Part shown: positions 48,595-58,682 of the stretch, piece by piece | How positions within the stretch are numbered: position 1 is the stretch's first letter | Layout of the letters: each line of letters starts with the position of its first letter | Source of the DNA: Bradymonadia bacterium | GTDB lineage: Bacteria; Myxococcota_A; Bradymonadia; UBA7976; UBA1532 | Length of the DNA stretch: 64,000 nucleotides | Reading direction: 5' to 3' | NCBI GenBank assembly: GCA_044376085.1 | Contig: JBILLN010000004.1 | Coordinates: forward strand, 36,076 to 100,075 | The notes under the pieces: generated by a model | What the model was told of the DNA's origin: nothing | The model's input: only the letters and a program-made list of their open reading frames with translations | The model's database searches: none | Translations under genes and position numbers: made by a program

Positions 48595-50955
48595 TCAGGG
48601 GGGGCCTAGCGTGACCACGCTGGTCAGACCGCCCTCGAGCAGCAACCAGCCCGAGACCACGGCCGGGCGGCCGCCGAAGGACGGACGCAGCTCCAGACCT
48701 TCGATGCGGGGGGCGACCGCCGAGATCTGGGCCGCATCCACGGCCACGGCCGGAATGGCGAGCGAGAGGCCACCCGCCAAGGCGTCCCGAATCCCCGGCC
48801 AGACGGCCGCTCCGAACAGAATCTCCAGGGCCGCGGGCGCCAGAACCGGGCGGTCTCCCGCCTGCCGGAGAAGCTCGGCGGAGATGGTCGGCGCATCCGC
48901 GGTGACGAGGCGCAACGCCCCGGCCTCGTCCATCTCGAGCGAGATCCCGGCGGTCAGCGTCAGGACGTACTCGTCGGCCTCTCCACCGGCGGGCCCAGTC
49001 AGGAAGACCCGCACGTCGCCCAACTGCGCGTCCATCGGGAACGCCGCCCCCGGCTCGGCCGGGGCAACGACCGGCGGAAGGTGAGCGTCGAGCCGGACCT
49101 GCTGCACGACGGCCGCCAGCTCGGGCGGAAGCGCCGGCGTGATCTGGAGAAGTCCGGTGCGCCAGACCTCGTGAAGCAGTCCGTTGAGCAGATCCAGACG
49201 GAGAGCGAGACCCAACGAGAGGTCGCGGTCCTGCGGGGGGTCGCCCATGGACACGACCGGGATGCCCGGAACCGGGAAGGGCGAGGCGACGGGCTCGGGG
49301 TGCGTGAGGCGCCCCTCCAGCACGAGGGCCAGTCCGGTCCGGCGCTGCCGGTCGACCCCTTCGGGCAGGAGTCCGAGGGTGAGCTCCGCCACCGGGGCGC
49401 CCTCGATGCCCACGTCCAGCCGAATGGGAATCTCCGCGAGGGAGCCCACCAGGCCGTCGAGGCCCGTCCGCACCAGGGTCGGGAGCTGCTCGCGGACGAT
49501 GCTGTCCACGAGTCCCGCGGCGAGGCCTTCCACGGTGCCGCGAAGCCGACTGCCCAGCGTATCGACGAGCGCCTGAGCGGACGGGTCTGCGAATCGTCCG
49601 CTCAGCGTTTCGAGCACGACGCCGCTGTCGGCGACCTCGATCAGAAGTCCCCCCGCCTCACCGATCGCGAACGTCAAGCGGGCGAATGCGGCGAGCGACG
49701 CATCCAGGCCTCCCGTGAGATCGAGTCGCGCCCCTTCGAAGTCGAATGCTCCGGCCACGTCGAGATGCAGGCCGCCGAGCCGCAGGAACAGCTCGAGCCC
49801 TTCCGGAACGACGACGAGGTCGACCTCGGGGACGCCGAGGGAGACGTCGCGGATGGTGAGCCCGCCGGCATCGACGCCGCCGAGCAGGGCCGCTGCGTCC
49901 GCCGCGCCCAGGAGACCGGCGAGCAGGGACGCCAGGTCCTCGACCGCCCACGGACCGGCGACGTCGGGCACGACGATCGGGGTATCCCGGTCCAGCAGCG
50001 CCTGCCCGAGCCACAGGCGCGCACCGTCCGGAACCACGGCGCCGTTCGCGCCGACCCGCAGGTACTCGGGCGCCCAGAGGACGTCCCGGGACACGCGGGC
50101 CGCCTGCGGCTGGACACCGTCGTCGGCCGTGACCTCGAGATGGTTGATCCCGAATCGGGCCGGAACGTCGAGGGCGAAGTCGCCGCCGGCGCCCACCGCC
50201 ACGGGCACGCCGTTGACGTGGACGGTGACCGTCCCCCCGGTATCGGTCGCGGTGCCGCGCACCGCAATCGTCTCGGTACGGTCGCCCCCCAGCGCGGCTC
50301 CGCGGTCGGGAGCCGTGAGCACGAGCGTCGGCGGACCGGCGTCCACGTAAAGCTGCGCCCGTCCGCAGACCTCGTCCGGCGCGGTCGCGCAGGCGACGAC
50401 GGTGCCCGGCCCCTCCCCCTCGAACGTCAGGCGACCCTCGGCATCGATGGCGCCCAGGGCAGCCGGCTCCAGCCGCCAGGTGACGGGGACGTCCGCCAGC
50501 GGTTCACCGTCACGCCCATGGACGGTCGCCTCGGCGACCGGAGGCGTCTCCGGTGCGTACAGGCCCTGCCGCGGGGTCAGGCGGACGGTGACGAAACCGA
50601 TGGCCGGCGGACGCGGGCGGCCGGCATCGGGCTTCGAGGGCTCGGTGGCATCGGGCGAGGGGTCGGCGGCGTCCGCCTCGTCCGGAGCGCCGGCGTCGCG
50701 GCGCGCCGCATCGTCCCCGGCCGGACCACCGTCGTCGTGGGCCGTCGCGTCGAGGGGCGGGCTCGGGCGCTGCGCGTCGGAGATCGCAGCGTCGTCGGGT
50801 GCCGCGTCGAGGGGTTCGGCCTTGCCGCCACTCGGGGCGGTATCGGCGCATCCGGCCGCCCAGACCGCGAGCGCGAGGGCGGTCCGCGCCCCGGCGACGA
50901 AAGCCGGCGGCGGCCTGCATGGACCGGTGGAGACCGTTCGTTTCGGGGTGTTCAT
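48595..50955 (-). CDS. lipoprotein: Ig-like domains + putative BPI/LBP (TULIP)-like C-terminal region
   Basis: ATG 50955 overlaps the upstream stop; lipobox LAVWAAGC; Asp/Pro linker; Ig-like VRGTATD...FGINHLEVTADDG; C-terminal LALRLDLLNGLLHEVWRTG. Confidence 0.75.
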   Translation of the reverse strand: MNTPKRTVSTGPCRPPPAFVAGARTALALAVWAAGCADTAPSGGKAEPLDAAPDDAAISDAQRPSPPLDATAHDDGGPAGDDAARRDAGAPDEADAADPSPDATEPSKPDAGRPRPPAIGFVTVRLTPRQGLYAPETPPVAEATVHGRDGEPLADVPVTWRLEPAALGAIDAEGRLTFEGEGPGTVVACATAPDEVCGRAQLYVDAGPPTLVLTAPDRGAALGGDRTETIAVRGTATDTGGTVTVHVNGVPVAVGAGGDFALDVPARFGINHLEVTADDGVQPQAARVSRDVLWAPEYLRVGANGAVVPDGARLWLGQALLDRDTPIVVPDVAGPWAVEDLASLLAGLLGAADAAALLGGVDAGGLTIRDVSLGVPEVDLVVVPEGLELFLRLGGLHLDVAGAFDFEGARLDLTGGLDASLAAFARLTFAIGEAGGLLIEVADSGVVLETLSGRFADPSAQALVDTLGSRLRGTVEGLAAGLVDSIVREQLPTLVRTGLDGLVGSLAEIPIRLDVGIEGAPVAELTLGLLPEGVDRQRRTGLALVLEGRLTHPEPVASPFPVPGIPVVSMGDPPQDRDLSLGLALRLDLLNGLLHEVWRTGLLQITPALPPELAAVVQQVRLDAHLPPVVAPAEPGAAFPMDAQLGDVRVFLTGPAGGEADEYVLTLTAGISLEMDEAGALRLVTADAPTISAELLRQAGDRPVLAPAALEILFGAAVWPGIRDALAGGLSLAIPAVAVDAAQISAVAPRIEGLELRPSFGGRPAVVSGWLLLEGGLTSVVTLGPP

Positions 50956-53822
50956 TCGCCGAAAACTCCATCGACGAGCCAGTGAGCGGGTGTGCCCTGG
51001 AGCGCCAGGCGGCGCACGCCGAGTCGGGTCCCGGGGGCGATGCCATAGGCCGCGAGGTCCGGGGGCAGCGCGAAATCGGGAACGGGCAAGCTCGGCAACG
51101 CCCCGCTCAGCGACCCGTCCAGGAGCGACTGGACGATGCCCCGGAACAGCGATTCGAGCGTGGCACGGGTCTGCGGCGTCAGCGCGACGCCGTCGACCGC
51201 CAATGCGAGGCGATCGACGACGATTCCGCCGTCCCCGCCGAACCGGATCTCGTTGCCGTTCACCAGCTCGACCTCGGCCCGGGCGCTGGCCGCAAGCTGA
51301 ATCCGCAGCGGTTCGTCGAAGAGGCCGGGATAGAGAATCGACCCGGTCGCGGGACCGAGGAACAGGCGCAATGCATTGTCCGCCTCCCCGGTGCCGATGG
51401 CCGCGGGTGGCAGCAGAACACGGAGTTCCAGCGCCGCGCCTTCGGGCAGACCGCCGAGCGCGCCCCCGCCGATCCGGAACGTCCCGCTGCGCCAGAGCGC
51501 ATGAAGGACCTGGTTGACGAGCCCGATGGAGACCGAGACCGCGGCCGTCCCCGCGGGATTCAGCCCGACGGCGACGGGTCCGGGCGGCAAGGGAACCCCT
51601 GCAGATGCGCCGGCTTCTCCGAGCGGACCGGTGACGGCGGTCTGGAGGCCGAGCAGCAAACGCGCCGGTGTCGTGTCGAGCGCATCGATGCCGAATGCGA
51701 TCTGGAGCGCGGCGGGGGGACCGCCGCCGAGCGACGGCACGCTGATTTCGGTATCGAACGACGACACGTCGAGTCCCCCCAGGACTCCGGTCAGCAGCCC
51801 GTCGATCTGAGTCTCCAGGTACCCCCGCAGCGCGTCTGCGACGGTGCTCCGGACCGTGCCCTCGAAGGCCGAGAAGATGAGGTCGAGGACGTCGCCGGTC
51901 AGGAAGCCGGCGAAGTCGCTGTCCATCGGGCCGACCTGGACCGCGTTGATGGACCGGATCGCAATCGTCGGTCGACCGTCGACCAGACCGAGGTCGAACG
52001 TGAGGTCCACCTCGAGGTAATCGGCGAAGAGCGTACCGCGGTTCGACACGGTGCCGAGCAGTTGAACGTCGAGCTCGAGGTTGCTGATCCGCCCCCGCAC
52101 CCGGAGACCGCCGTCGACGAGCTCCGAGTTCAGCGCGTTCGGCCCCCGAATGCGCAACCCCCGATACTCGGCGCCCGCGCTCAGGACGCAGAGTCCGAAG
52201 ACCCGGGCGCGGCACTCGTTCGGCACGATCGGGTTCTGCGCCCGCAGGGACGTGTCGAGCGTGTCGATCAGCCCCTGGGAATCGATCACCGCGCGCAGGA
52301 GGTCCGTCAGGCTGTTCAGCGGGCGGTCGGGCGGCCCATCGTCGACCGCTCCCTGTGTCAGAACGAGCTGAATCGCGTCCAGCAGAGGCTCGTTCTCCGG
52401 GTGGTAGCGATCCGCAGCGAAATAGGTGCAAAACGTGCTGTTCGCGTTGCCGACCGCGTCGGTCGCCACGACGTCGTGCACGTTGAGACCCCAGTGTGGC
52501 GCCACCTCGACGGAGAAGCGACCGGATGGGTCGACCGGCACGGGGACGCCGTCGACCGTGACCTGCTCGACGCCCGCGACATCGCCGACCTGCCCCTCGA
52601 GGCGGACCGGCGCGTCCGTGAGCACCATCGCGGCGGGCTCGGGGGCCGTGCAGCCGACCGACGGCCCCCCGGCGTCGACGAGGATCGCCGTGGTCGCGCA
52701 CAGGGGTTCGCCCGTCACCGTCGGCCCCGTCGTGCAGACCTCGAGGCCGAACCGACCTTCGCGGGCCAGGGAGAAGCGCCCCTCACCGAAGCCCGGCAGG
52801 GCCGGCGTTGTGGTCCAGGTGAGCGGGACGTCGTCCACCCGGTTGTCGTACAGGTCGGTGACGACCGCCCGATACCCGACGATCCGCCCGACGGAATAGA
52901 CGGGCAGATCGGGGTCGAGGGCCGCCTGCAGAGCCGCCGGCGTCGAGGGCACGACCAGAACGGCGGCGGACGCCGAGGTCTGCACGCCCGGCAATTCGCA
53001 GGTGACCTGGTACCGACCGGCCCGGGTGAAGGTGACCCGCTGTCCATCGATCACGTTGGCCGGTGAGGCGGGCGCGACGGAGACGGTCGCATCCTGCACG
53101 GGCAGCAGGTTGCCCTCGGCATCGGTGGCCTCGCACGTCACGCTCACCAAGGTGCCCGCCTCGACGATGGCCTGGTCTCGTTCCAGGCGCGTGACGACGG
53201 CGGCCGGCGCGCCGGGGAAGACGTCCCACCGGGCCGGCGTCGCGTCCCGCAGACCGACGGCCGGGGCCACGCAGGTCACCGAGTAGGTCGCGGCGCGGAC
53301 GCCCACGACTTCGGTGTCTTCGGCGCCGCGCCGCCAGCCCGCCGCCGGCCGGACCTCGAAACTGGTCGGGACGCCGGCAATCGCGACGCCCTCGGGGTCG
53401 AGCACCTCGCAGGTGACCCGGTTCGCGAGTCCGGCGGTCGTGGCCGCCTGCCCGAGGAGGGTCTGAATCGACCGGGGCTCCGGCGGCGGCTCGACGACCG
53501 CCGAGTCCGGACCCGCGTCGGGCGGAATCGCGCCATCGGCAGCGTCGACTTCCGGCGCCTGCGCGTCGCGTGAGATGACGGCGGCGTCCGGCTCGATCGC
53601 GGTCGCGTCGGTGCCGGGCGTCGGGCCGGCGTCGAGAGCGGGCTCGGCCGTCGCGTCGGGCGGGGCGGCGGTCGCGTCCGGGGCGAACCCCGCGTCGGCC
53701 TCCCTCGATTTGCCCGGACCCGTCACCCCGTCGTTGCAGGCCGTCAGGGCGACCAGCAGGACCCCCGCGAGCGCGAATCTCCCGGGACGTTTCGGGTCGC
53801 TGCGTCGGATCGTCTGCACCAT
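50952..53822 (-). CDS. lipoprotein: Ig-like domains + putative BPI/LBP (TULIP)-like C-terminal region (paralogue of the neighbour)
   Basis: Lipobox LLVALTAC; DA/PDA linker; Ig-like repeats ending WGLNVHDVVATDAVGN; C-terminal VSIGLVNQVLHALWRSG. Confidence 0.8.
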   Translation of the reverse strand: MVQTIRRSDPKRPGRFALAGVLLVALTACNDGVTGPGKSREADAGFAPDATAAPPDATAEPALDAGPTPGTDATAIEPDAAVISRDAQAPEVDAADGAIPPDAGPDSAVVEPPPEPRSIQTLLGQAATTAGLANRVTCEVLDPEGVAIAGVPTSFEVRPAAGWRRGAEDTEVVGVRAATYSVTCVAPAVGLRDATPARWDVFPGAPAAVVTRLERDQAIVEAGTLVSVTCEATDAEGNLLPVQDATVSVAPASPANVIDGQRVTFTRAGRYQVTCELPGVQTSASAAVLVVPSTPAALQAALDPDLPVYSVGRIVGYRAVVTDLYDNRVDDVPLTWTTTPALPGFGEGRFSLAREGRFGLEVCTTGPTVTGEPLCATTAILVDAGGPSVGCTAPEPAAMVLTDAPVRLEGQVGDVAGVEQVTVDGVPVPVDPSGRFSVEVAPHWGLNVHDVVATDAVGNANSTFCTYFAADRYHPENEPLLDAIQLVLTQGAVDDGPPDRPLNSLTDLLRAVIDSQGLIDTLDTSLRAQNPIVPNECRARVFGLCVLSAGAEYRGLRIRGPNALNSELVDGGLRVRGRISNLELDVQLLGTVSNRGTLFADYLEVDLTFDLGLVDGRPTIAIRSINAVQVGPMDSDFAGFLTGDVLDLIFSAFEGTVRSTVADALRGYLETQIDGLLTGVLGGLDVSSFDTEISVPSLGGGPPAALQIAFGIDALDTTPARLLLGLQTAVTGPLGEAGASAGVPLPPGPVAVGLNPAGTAAVSVSIGLVNQVLHALWRSGTFRIGGGALGGLPEGAALELRVLLPPAAIGTGEADNALRLFLGPATGSILYPGLFDEPLRIQLAASARAEVELVNGNEIRFGGDGGIVVDRLALAVDGVALTPQTRATLESLFRGIVQSLLDGSLSGALPSLPVPDFALPPDLAAYGIAPGTRLGVRRLALQGTPAHWLVDGVFGE

Positions 53823-54066
53823 GGGAATGTCTCACTCCTCGGGCCCCGTGGCCCCAACCGGACTCTCTCCATTAGCGCATCGGGCCGGGGTGGCGCCACC
53901 CCGGCGCACCGGGGGCGAATCGATGGATTCCCGTTGCCGACGCGCGCGGCCGGACCTAGCATGCGCGCGACTCGGCCCCGGGCCCCTCCGGGCACCAGGG
54001 CCTTCGATTCATTTCGTTCATCGCCGGCGCCGACGCGCGCCGACCGGACTCCGAAGGGAACCCCCA

Positions 54067-54684
54067 ATGAGTGACGACCGCTCCCAGGAACTCGCCGAAC
54101 GCCGCATCGTGAAGGTCCGCGAAGAAGACGACGCCGAGCCCATGGACATGGAAGTCTTCCTCGAACTCGACCACGACGGCCGGACGTACGCGCTCATCAC
54201 GTCCCCGGTGCCGACGGTCGTCCTGTTCGAGGTCGACGAGGCCGGGAACGAGGAAGCCGGCGAGTCCCTGAACGAGGCCGACGACGCGACGTTCGACGCC
54301 CTGCGCAACGACATCAACGATTTCCTGAAGCAGTGGGGCATCTCCATCGCCCGGCACGGCACCGAACTCCGTCTGTCGGACGAGCTGCCCGAGGAGGTCT
54401 ACGCGGACTCTCCGATGCTCGAGATCGACAGCGGCGACGAGGACGAGCCGGACAGCTTCCTCCAGCTCGGCGAGTTCGACCGCGGCGACAAGCAGTACTG
54501 GCTTCTGATGCCGACCCCGCCGCACCTCTTCGCCGTCGAGCTCGTCGGCGACGACGCCCGGTTCCTCGAGGACGAAGAAATCGAGACCCTGCAGCCCCTC
54601 TTCGACGAGGCGATGGAGGAGATCGACGACGAGTGCGAGGATCCGGACTGCGAAGAGCACGACCACGGCAAGGACAAGAACTGA
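54067..54684 (+). CDS. acidic protein with two DUF1292-like units
   Basis: [13 protein letters not shown] and [14 protein letters not shown], each followed by L.E...(F/I)..L...(I/F); very Asp/Glu-rich. Confidence 0.7.
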   Translation: MSDDRSQELAERRIVKVREEDDAEPMDMEVFLELDHDGRTYALITSPVPTVVLFEVDEAGNEEAGESLNEADDATFDALRNDINDFLKQWGISIARHGTELRLSDELPEEVYADSPMLEIDSGDEDEPDSFLQLGEFDRGDKQYWLLMPTPPHLFAVELVGDDARFLEDEEIETLQPLFDEAMEEIDDECEDPDCEEHDHGKDKN

Positions 54685-54701
54685 GCGCGAGGTCCCGACC
54701 C

Positions 54702-55898
54702 ATGCGTGACGTCGTCGTCGTCTCGGCCGTCCGGACGCCCATCGGGCGCATCCGGGGTGGCCTCTCCCCCGTTCGGCCGGATGATCTGGCCGCGCAGATC
54801 ATCGCCGAGGCGCTCCGCCGGGCCGACGTGCCCGGAGAGGCGGTCGACGAGGTCATCCTGGGATGCGCGAATCAGGCCGGCGAAGACAACCGGAACGTCG
54901 CCCGGATGGCCCTCCTCCTGGCGGGACTCCCCCAGTCGGTCCCTGGCATGACCGTGAATCGGCTCTGCGCGAGCGGTCTGAGCGCGGTCAATACCGCGTT
55001 TCGACAGATCGCGGTGGGTGATGCGGAGGTTCTCGTCGCGGGCGGGGTGGAGTCGATGAGCCGGGCCCCGTGGGTCATGCCCAAAGCGGACGGTCCGTTC
55101 CCGACGGGCAATGTCACCGTCTACGACTCGTCACTCGGGTGGCGCTTTCCGAACCCGGCGATGGAGAAACTCTTTCCGCTCGAGCCCATGGGCGAGACGG
55201 CCGAGAACCTGGTGGACCGCTACGGGCTCTCCCGGGCGGACCAGGACGCCTTCGCGGTCTCGAGCCACCTGAAGGCGATCGCCGCCCAGCGCGGCGGGGC
55301 CTTCGAAGCCGAGCTCTTCCCGGTGAGCATTCCGCAACGCAAGGGCCCCGCCGTCGTGGTCTCGCAGGACGAAGGCCCCCGCGCCGACACCTCCCTCGAG
55401 GCCCTCGCGAAGCTCGGCCCGGCCTTCCGGAAGGGGGGCTCGGTCACGGCCGGCAACAGCAGCACGCTGAACGACGGCGCCGCGGCGCTGGTCCTCATGT
55501 CCGCCGAGCGCGCCCGCAGCCTCGGCCGCACGCCCCTCGCACGGCTGGTGTCCACGGGCGAGGCAGGGGTCGATCCCCGGGTGATGGGCATCGGACCCGT
55601 CCCGGCGGTCCGAAAGTGTCTCGAGAAGGCGGGGCGCGCGGTCGGCGACGTCGCCCTCTACGAACTCAACGAAGCCTTTGCGGCTCAATCCCTGGCGGTC
55701 GTCCGCGAGCTCGGGCTCGACGAGGCCCGCGTCAACGTGAACGGCGGCGCCATCGCTCTCGGCCATCCGCTGGGATGCAGCGGTGCGCGCATCCTCACGA
55801 CGCTGGTCCACGCCCTCCGTGCCCGGGGCGGTGGTCTGGGTGTCGCTTCCCTCTGCGTCGGGGTCGGTCAGGGCGTCGCGACGCTCGTCGAGGTCTGA
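54702..55898 (+). CDS. thiolase (acetyl-CoA C-acyltransferase, PcaF/PaaJ-like)
   Basis: Motifs [40 protein letters not shown] and SLCVGVGQG. Confidence 0.96.
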   Translation: MRDVVVVSAVRTPIGRIRGGLSPVRPDDLAAQIIAEALRRADVPGEAVDEVILGCANQAGEDNRNVARMALLLAGLPQSVPGMTVNRLCASGLSAVNTAFRQIAVGDAEVLVAGGVESMSRAPWVMPKADGPFPTGNVTVYDSSLGWRFPNPAMEKLFPLEPMGETAENLVDRYGLSRADQDAFAVSSHLKAIAAQRGGAFEAELFPVSIPQRKGPAVVVSQDEGPRADTSLEALAKLGPAFRKGGSVTAGNSSTLNDGAAALVLMSAERARSLGRTPLARLVSTGEAGVDPRVMGIGPVPAVRKCLEKAGRAVGDVALYELNEAFAAQSLAVVRELGLDEARVNVNGGAIALGHPLGCSGARILTTLVHALRARGGGLGVASLCVGVGQGVATLVEV

Positions 55899-55905
55899 CG
55901 CGGCC

Positions 55906-56652
55906 TCACCAGAGGCCCTTCGTCCGAACGCAGTCGGCCCGATCGAGTCCGTACCGTTTCTCGAACGGGACGTAGATCATGCACGAGCCTTCGTGGCACA
56001 CCTTCTGGCAGAGCCCGTAGGTGTTCTCGTGGCGGTACGCCTTCGAGAGTCCGGTCTTGGGCGAGATGACCCGGTCGTAGGTCTTGTCCTTGCCGCCGCC
56101 GGCTTCGGAGACGCTGTGCAGGCTGGTCACGAGACCCTCGGGCACGCCCTTGGCCCACATGCCGCGGCGGGCGGTCATCGCTTCGTGTTGCAGGCCGAGG
56201 AGCCCCTCGTCGACGGGGGGTTCGAGTGCGTAGACGTGGCCGTACCCCTCCGAGACCATTGCCTCGACCAGGTCCCGGCAGTAGACCAGCATGCGCCCGT
56301 AGTGGTCCTTCTTGCCTTCCCAGGCGCAGTTCCAGACGCGGGTCCGGGCGAATCGGGTGGCCGCCTTGGTGACCTTGTAGAGCTCCATCGGCGTCCACTT
56401 GCCCCAGGCGTGCACCGGCCCATAGCTCTCCAGCGCGTTGAATCCCATCAACCGCACGCGCTGTCGGACGTACTTGCCTTCCATGAAGCCGAACGAGTCG
56501 CCGTCGTTCCAAGCGACCGCAACCCGCTCGCCCTCGATGATCACGGCCGAGGGAGGCATCCGGAAACCCGGCGGGGCGGGCTCGGCGACCGCCGGCGGCA
56601 AGGCGGCGACCAGCGCGAACGCGAGTGTGAGTACGGCGGTCAGGGGGCGCAC
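55906..56652 (-). CDS. secreted thermonuclease (SNase-like) family protein
   Basis: Signal peptide after GTG 56652; motifs DGDSF, RVRLMGFNALE, DHYGRML, MVSEGYG and ARRGMW. Confidence 0.85.
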   Translation of the reverse strand: MRPLTAVLTLAFALVAALPPAVAEPAPPGFRMPPSAVIIEGERVAVAWNDGDSFGFMEGKYVRQRVRLMGFNALESYGPVHAWGKWTPMELYKVTKAATRFARTRVWNCAWEGKKDHYGRMLVYCRDLVEAMVSEGYGHVYALEPPVDEGLLGLQHEAMTARRGMWAKGVPEGLVTSLHSVSEAGGGKDKTYDRVISPKTGLSKAYRHENTYGLCQKVCHEGSCMIYVPFEKRYGLDRADCVRTKGLW

Positions 56653-56895
56653 GGAATCCCTGGCGAACGGAGGAATGCCAGGAGTATGGGCGGCAGACCC
56701 ACACGACGTAAAGCCTCTCCGCACGGGCGCCGGTCAGCGTCGGCGCCGCGATTTCGCTGCGGCCTCTTTCCCGGTTCGAGGCCCGGGACGGGCGGGCGCC
56801 CGTGGAGGTGACCGGGTCGGGGGGGCGTCTGCCGTGTACGTCGCCGCCATGCCGTTCGACCCGGCGCGCTTCTCCCCTGCCACCGTGCGCTGAAC

Positions 56896-57942
56896 TCACT
56901 CTCGCCAGAGCATCTTCCACGGGTGACGCTTCAGGTCGCGCAGCATCTCTTTGAGGTCGTCATAGATTTCCTGGTCGATGATGAGCTGACCGATGGTGCC
57001 ACGGCCCGTGCTCACCCCCGCGGTGAGCGCCGCCGCATCTCGCATGACCGTGCGGGCGTGCTGCGAGATCGGCTCCAGGTTCGCGAGGGCGACGTCGATG
57101 TGGCCGCGGTTCTTCTCGACGACCTCCTTGAGGACCACGACGGACTCGTCGACGTTCTTCATCGTGCGCTGGGCCGTGGCGATCAACGGCTTGGCTTCGG
57201 TGGCGGCCGTCGCGCTCAGCGACTTCACGTTCTGGACGATGGCGCCCACGTTGTCCGACGAACCGACCCCCTCGCGCAGGTACTTCGCGAGCCCGGCGGC
57301 ATCTCCCGTGGCCTGCTCCACATTGACCGCGATGCTCGAGAGTCGCTGTTTGTTGTCCGTCAGAATCTCGTCCACGTTCTTGACGAGTTTGATCAACGAC
57401 CGGGCGAGTTCACCCAGATTCAAACCTTCGCCCCCGCTGAAGGCGGCCTCGACCTTGGCGAGAATGCTGCCGGCCTTGGCGAAGAGGAGGTCGATCCGCG
57501 CCGGGTCGCGACCGCGGATGTACGCCCCATCCGACCACTCCGGTGAGGCGTCCGTTCCCGGCACGATCTCGACGTACTTCTCGCCGAGCACGCCCTGGGT
57601 CGTGATGTAGAATTCGGAGTCCCGACGCACGGCGGCGGCCATGTTCTCCGCGACGGTGATGCGCAGCCGCACGTTGATCGGCGGCTCGCCCTCGGCTTCC
57701 GAGGCGCTCTTCCGGGCATTGCGCGCCACCAGGAATTCGACGTCTTCGACTCGCCCGGCCCGCACGCCGGCAATCTTCACCGGCGCACCGCGGAGGACCG
57801 ACCCCGAGTCGGCGACCTCGATGTGGTAACTGCGCACGGCGCCGACGCTGAAACTGCCGAGGAGCAGCACGAAGCCGACCAGCAGGCCCAAGGCCACGAG
57901 GATCAGCGCCCCGACTTTCATCTGCATGTTGCGTTCGCTCAT
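56896..57942 (-). CDS. mlaD: MCE-domain protein (MlaD family) with long helical extension
   Basis: N-terminal TM; motifs GAPVKIAGVRAGRV and ITTQGVLGEKYVEI.PG; coiled helices; GTIGQLI..DLKRHPWK. Confidence 0.93.
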   Translation of the reverse strand: MSERNMQMKVGALILVALGLLVGFVLLLGSFSVGAVRSYHIEVADSGSVLRGAPVKIAGVRAGRVEDVEFLVARNARKSASEAEGEPPINVRLRITVAENMAAAVRRDSEFYITTQGVLGEKYVEIVPGTDASPEWSDGAYIRGRDPARIDLLFAKAGSILAKVEAAFSGGEGLNLGELARSLIKLVKNVDEILTDNKQRLSSIAVNVEQATGDAAGLAKYLREGVGSSDNVGAIVQNVKSLSATAATEAKPLIATAQRTMKNVDESVVVLKEVVEKNRGHIDVALANLEPISQHARTVMRDAAALTAGVSTGRGTIGQLIIDQEIYDDLKEMLRDLKRHPWKMLWRE

Positions 57943-58682
57943 AGCTCCATGGGTCCTTCGGGCAGACCGTTCACGAACTGCCGGACGACGGGATTCGCAC
58001 AGGAACGATACTCCGTCGGCGGGCCATCCAGCAGAACCTTGCCCTGATACAGCATCACGATCCGGTCGGCGATGCCGAAGATGCTGCGCAGATCGTGGCT
58101 GACGACGATGCTCGTCACGCCCGTGCGATCCGACATCTCACGGATCAGGCGGTCCACGCGCACGGCGCTGACCGGATCGAGGCCCGTCGTCGGTTCGTCG
58201 AAGATGACGTATTCGGGATCGAGGGTGAGCGCCCGTGCGATGGCCACCCGTTTGCGAAGTCCGTCGCCGATCTCTCCCGGCGCGCGGTCGGCGAGGTGGT
58301 CCATGTGGACGAGCGCGAGTTTGGCGCGGGCCTGCTCGAGGGCCTCGGCGCGCGAGACGCCCCGATGTTTGCGAATGGGCAGCGCGACGTTCTCGATCAG
58401 GCTCATGCTGTCGAAGAGAGTGCTGTGCTGAAAGACCATCGCACAGCGCTTTCGCATCTCGTAGAAGTCTTTCTCCCGGTAGTTCGTGATGTCCGTGCCT
58501 TCGAACAAGATCTGCCCGGCATCCTGCCGAATCAGACCCACCAGATGCTTGACCAGGACGCTCTTGCCCGCGCCCGATTTCCCGATGATGAACAGGATCT
58601 GGCCCGTCTGGACGGTGACCGAGACGCCGTCGAGCACCTTGTTGGCCCCGAAAGCCTTGTGGATGTCGATGAACTCGATCAC
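57939..58682 (-). CDS. mlaF: MlaF/Mkl-type ABC ATPase (degenerate signature motif)
   Basis: GTG 58682; Walker A GKSGAGKS; Q-loop VFQ; signature IGDGL; Walker B VIFDEP; H-loop SHD. Confidence 0.93.
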   Translation of the reverse strand: MIEFIDIHKAFGANKVLDGVSVTVQTGQILFIIGKSGAGKSVLVKHLVGLIRQDAGQILFEGTDITNYREKDFYEMRKRCAMVFQHSTLFDSMSLIENVALPIRKHRGVSRAEALEQARAKLALVHMDHLADRAPGEIGDGLRKRVAIARALTLDPEYVIFDEPTTGLDPVSAVRVDRLIREMSDRTGVTSIVVSHDLRSIFGIADRIVMLYQGKVLLDGPPTEYRSCANPVVRQFVNGLPEGPMEL

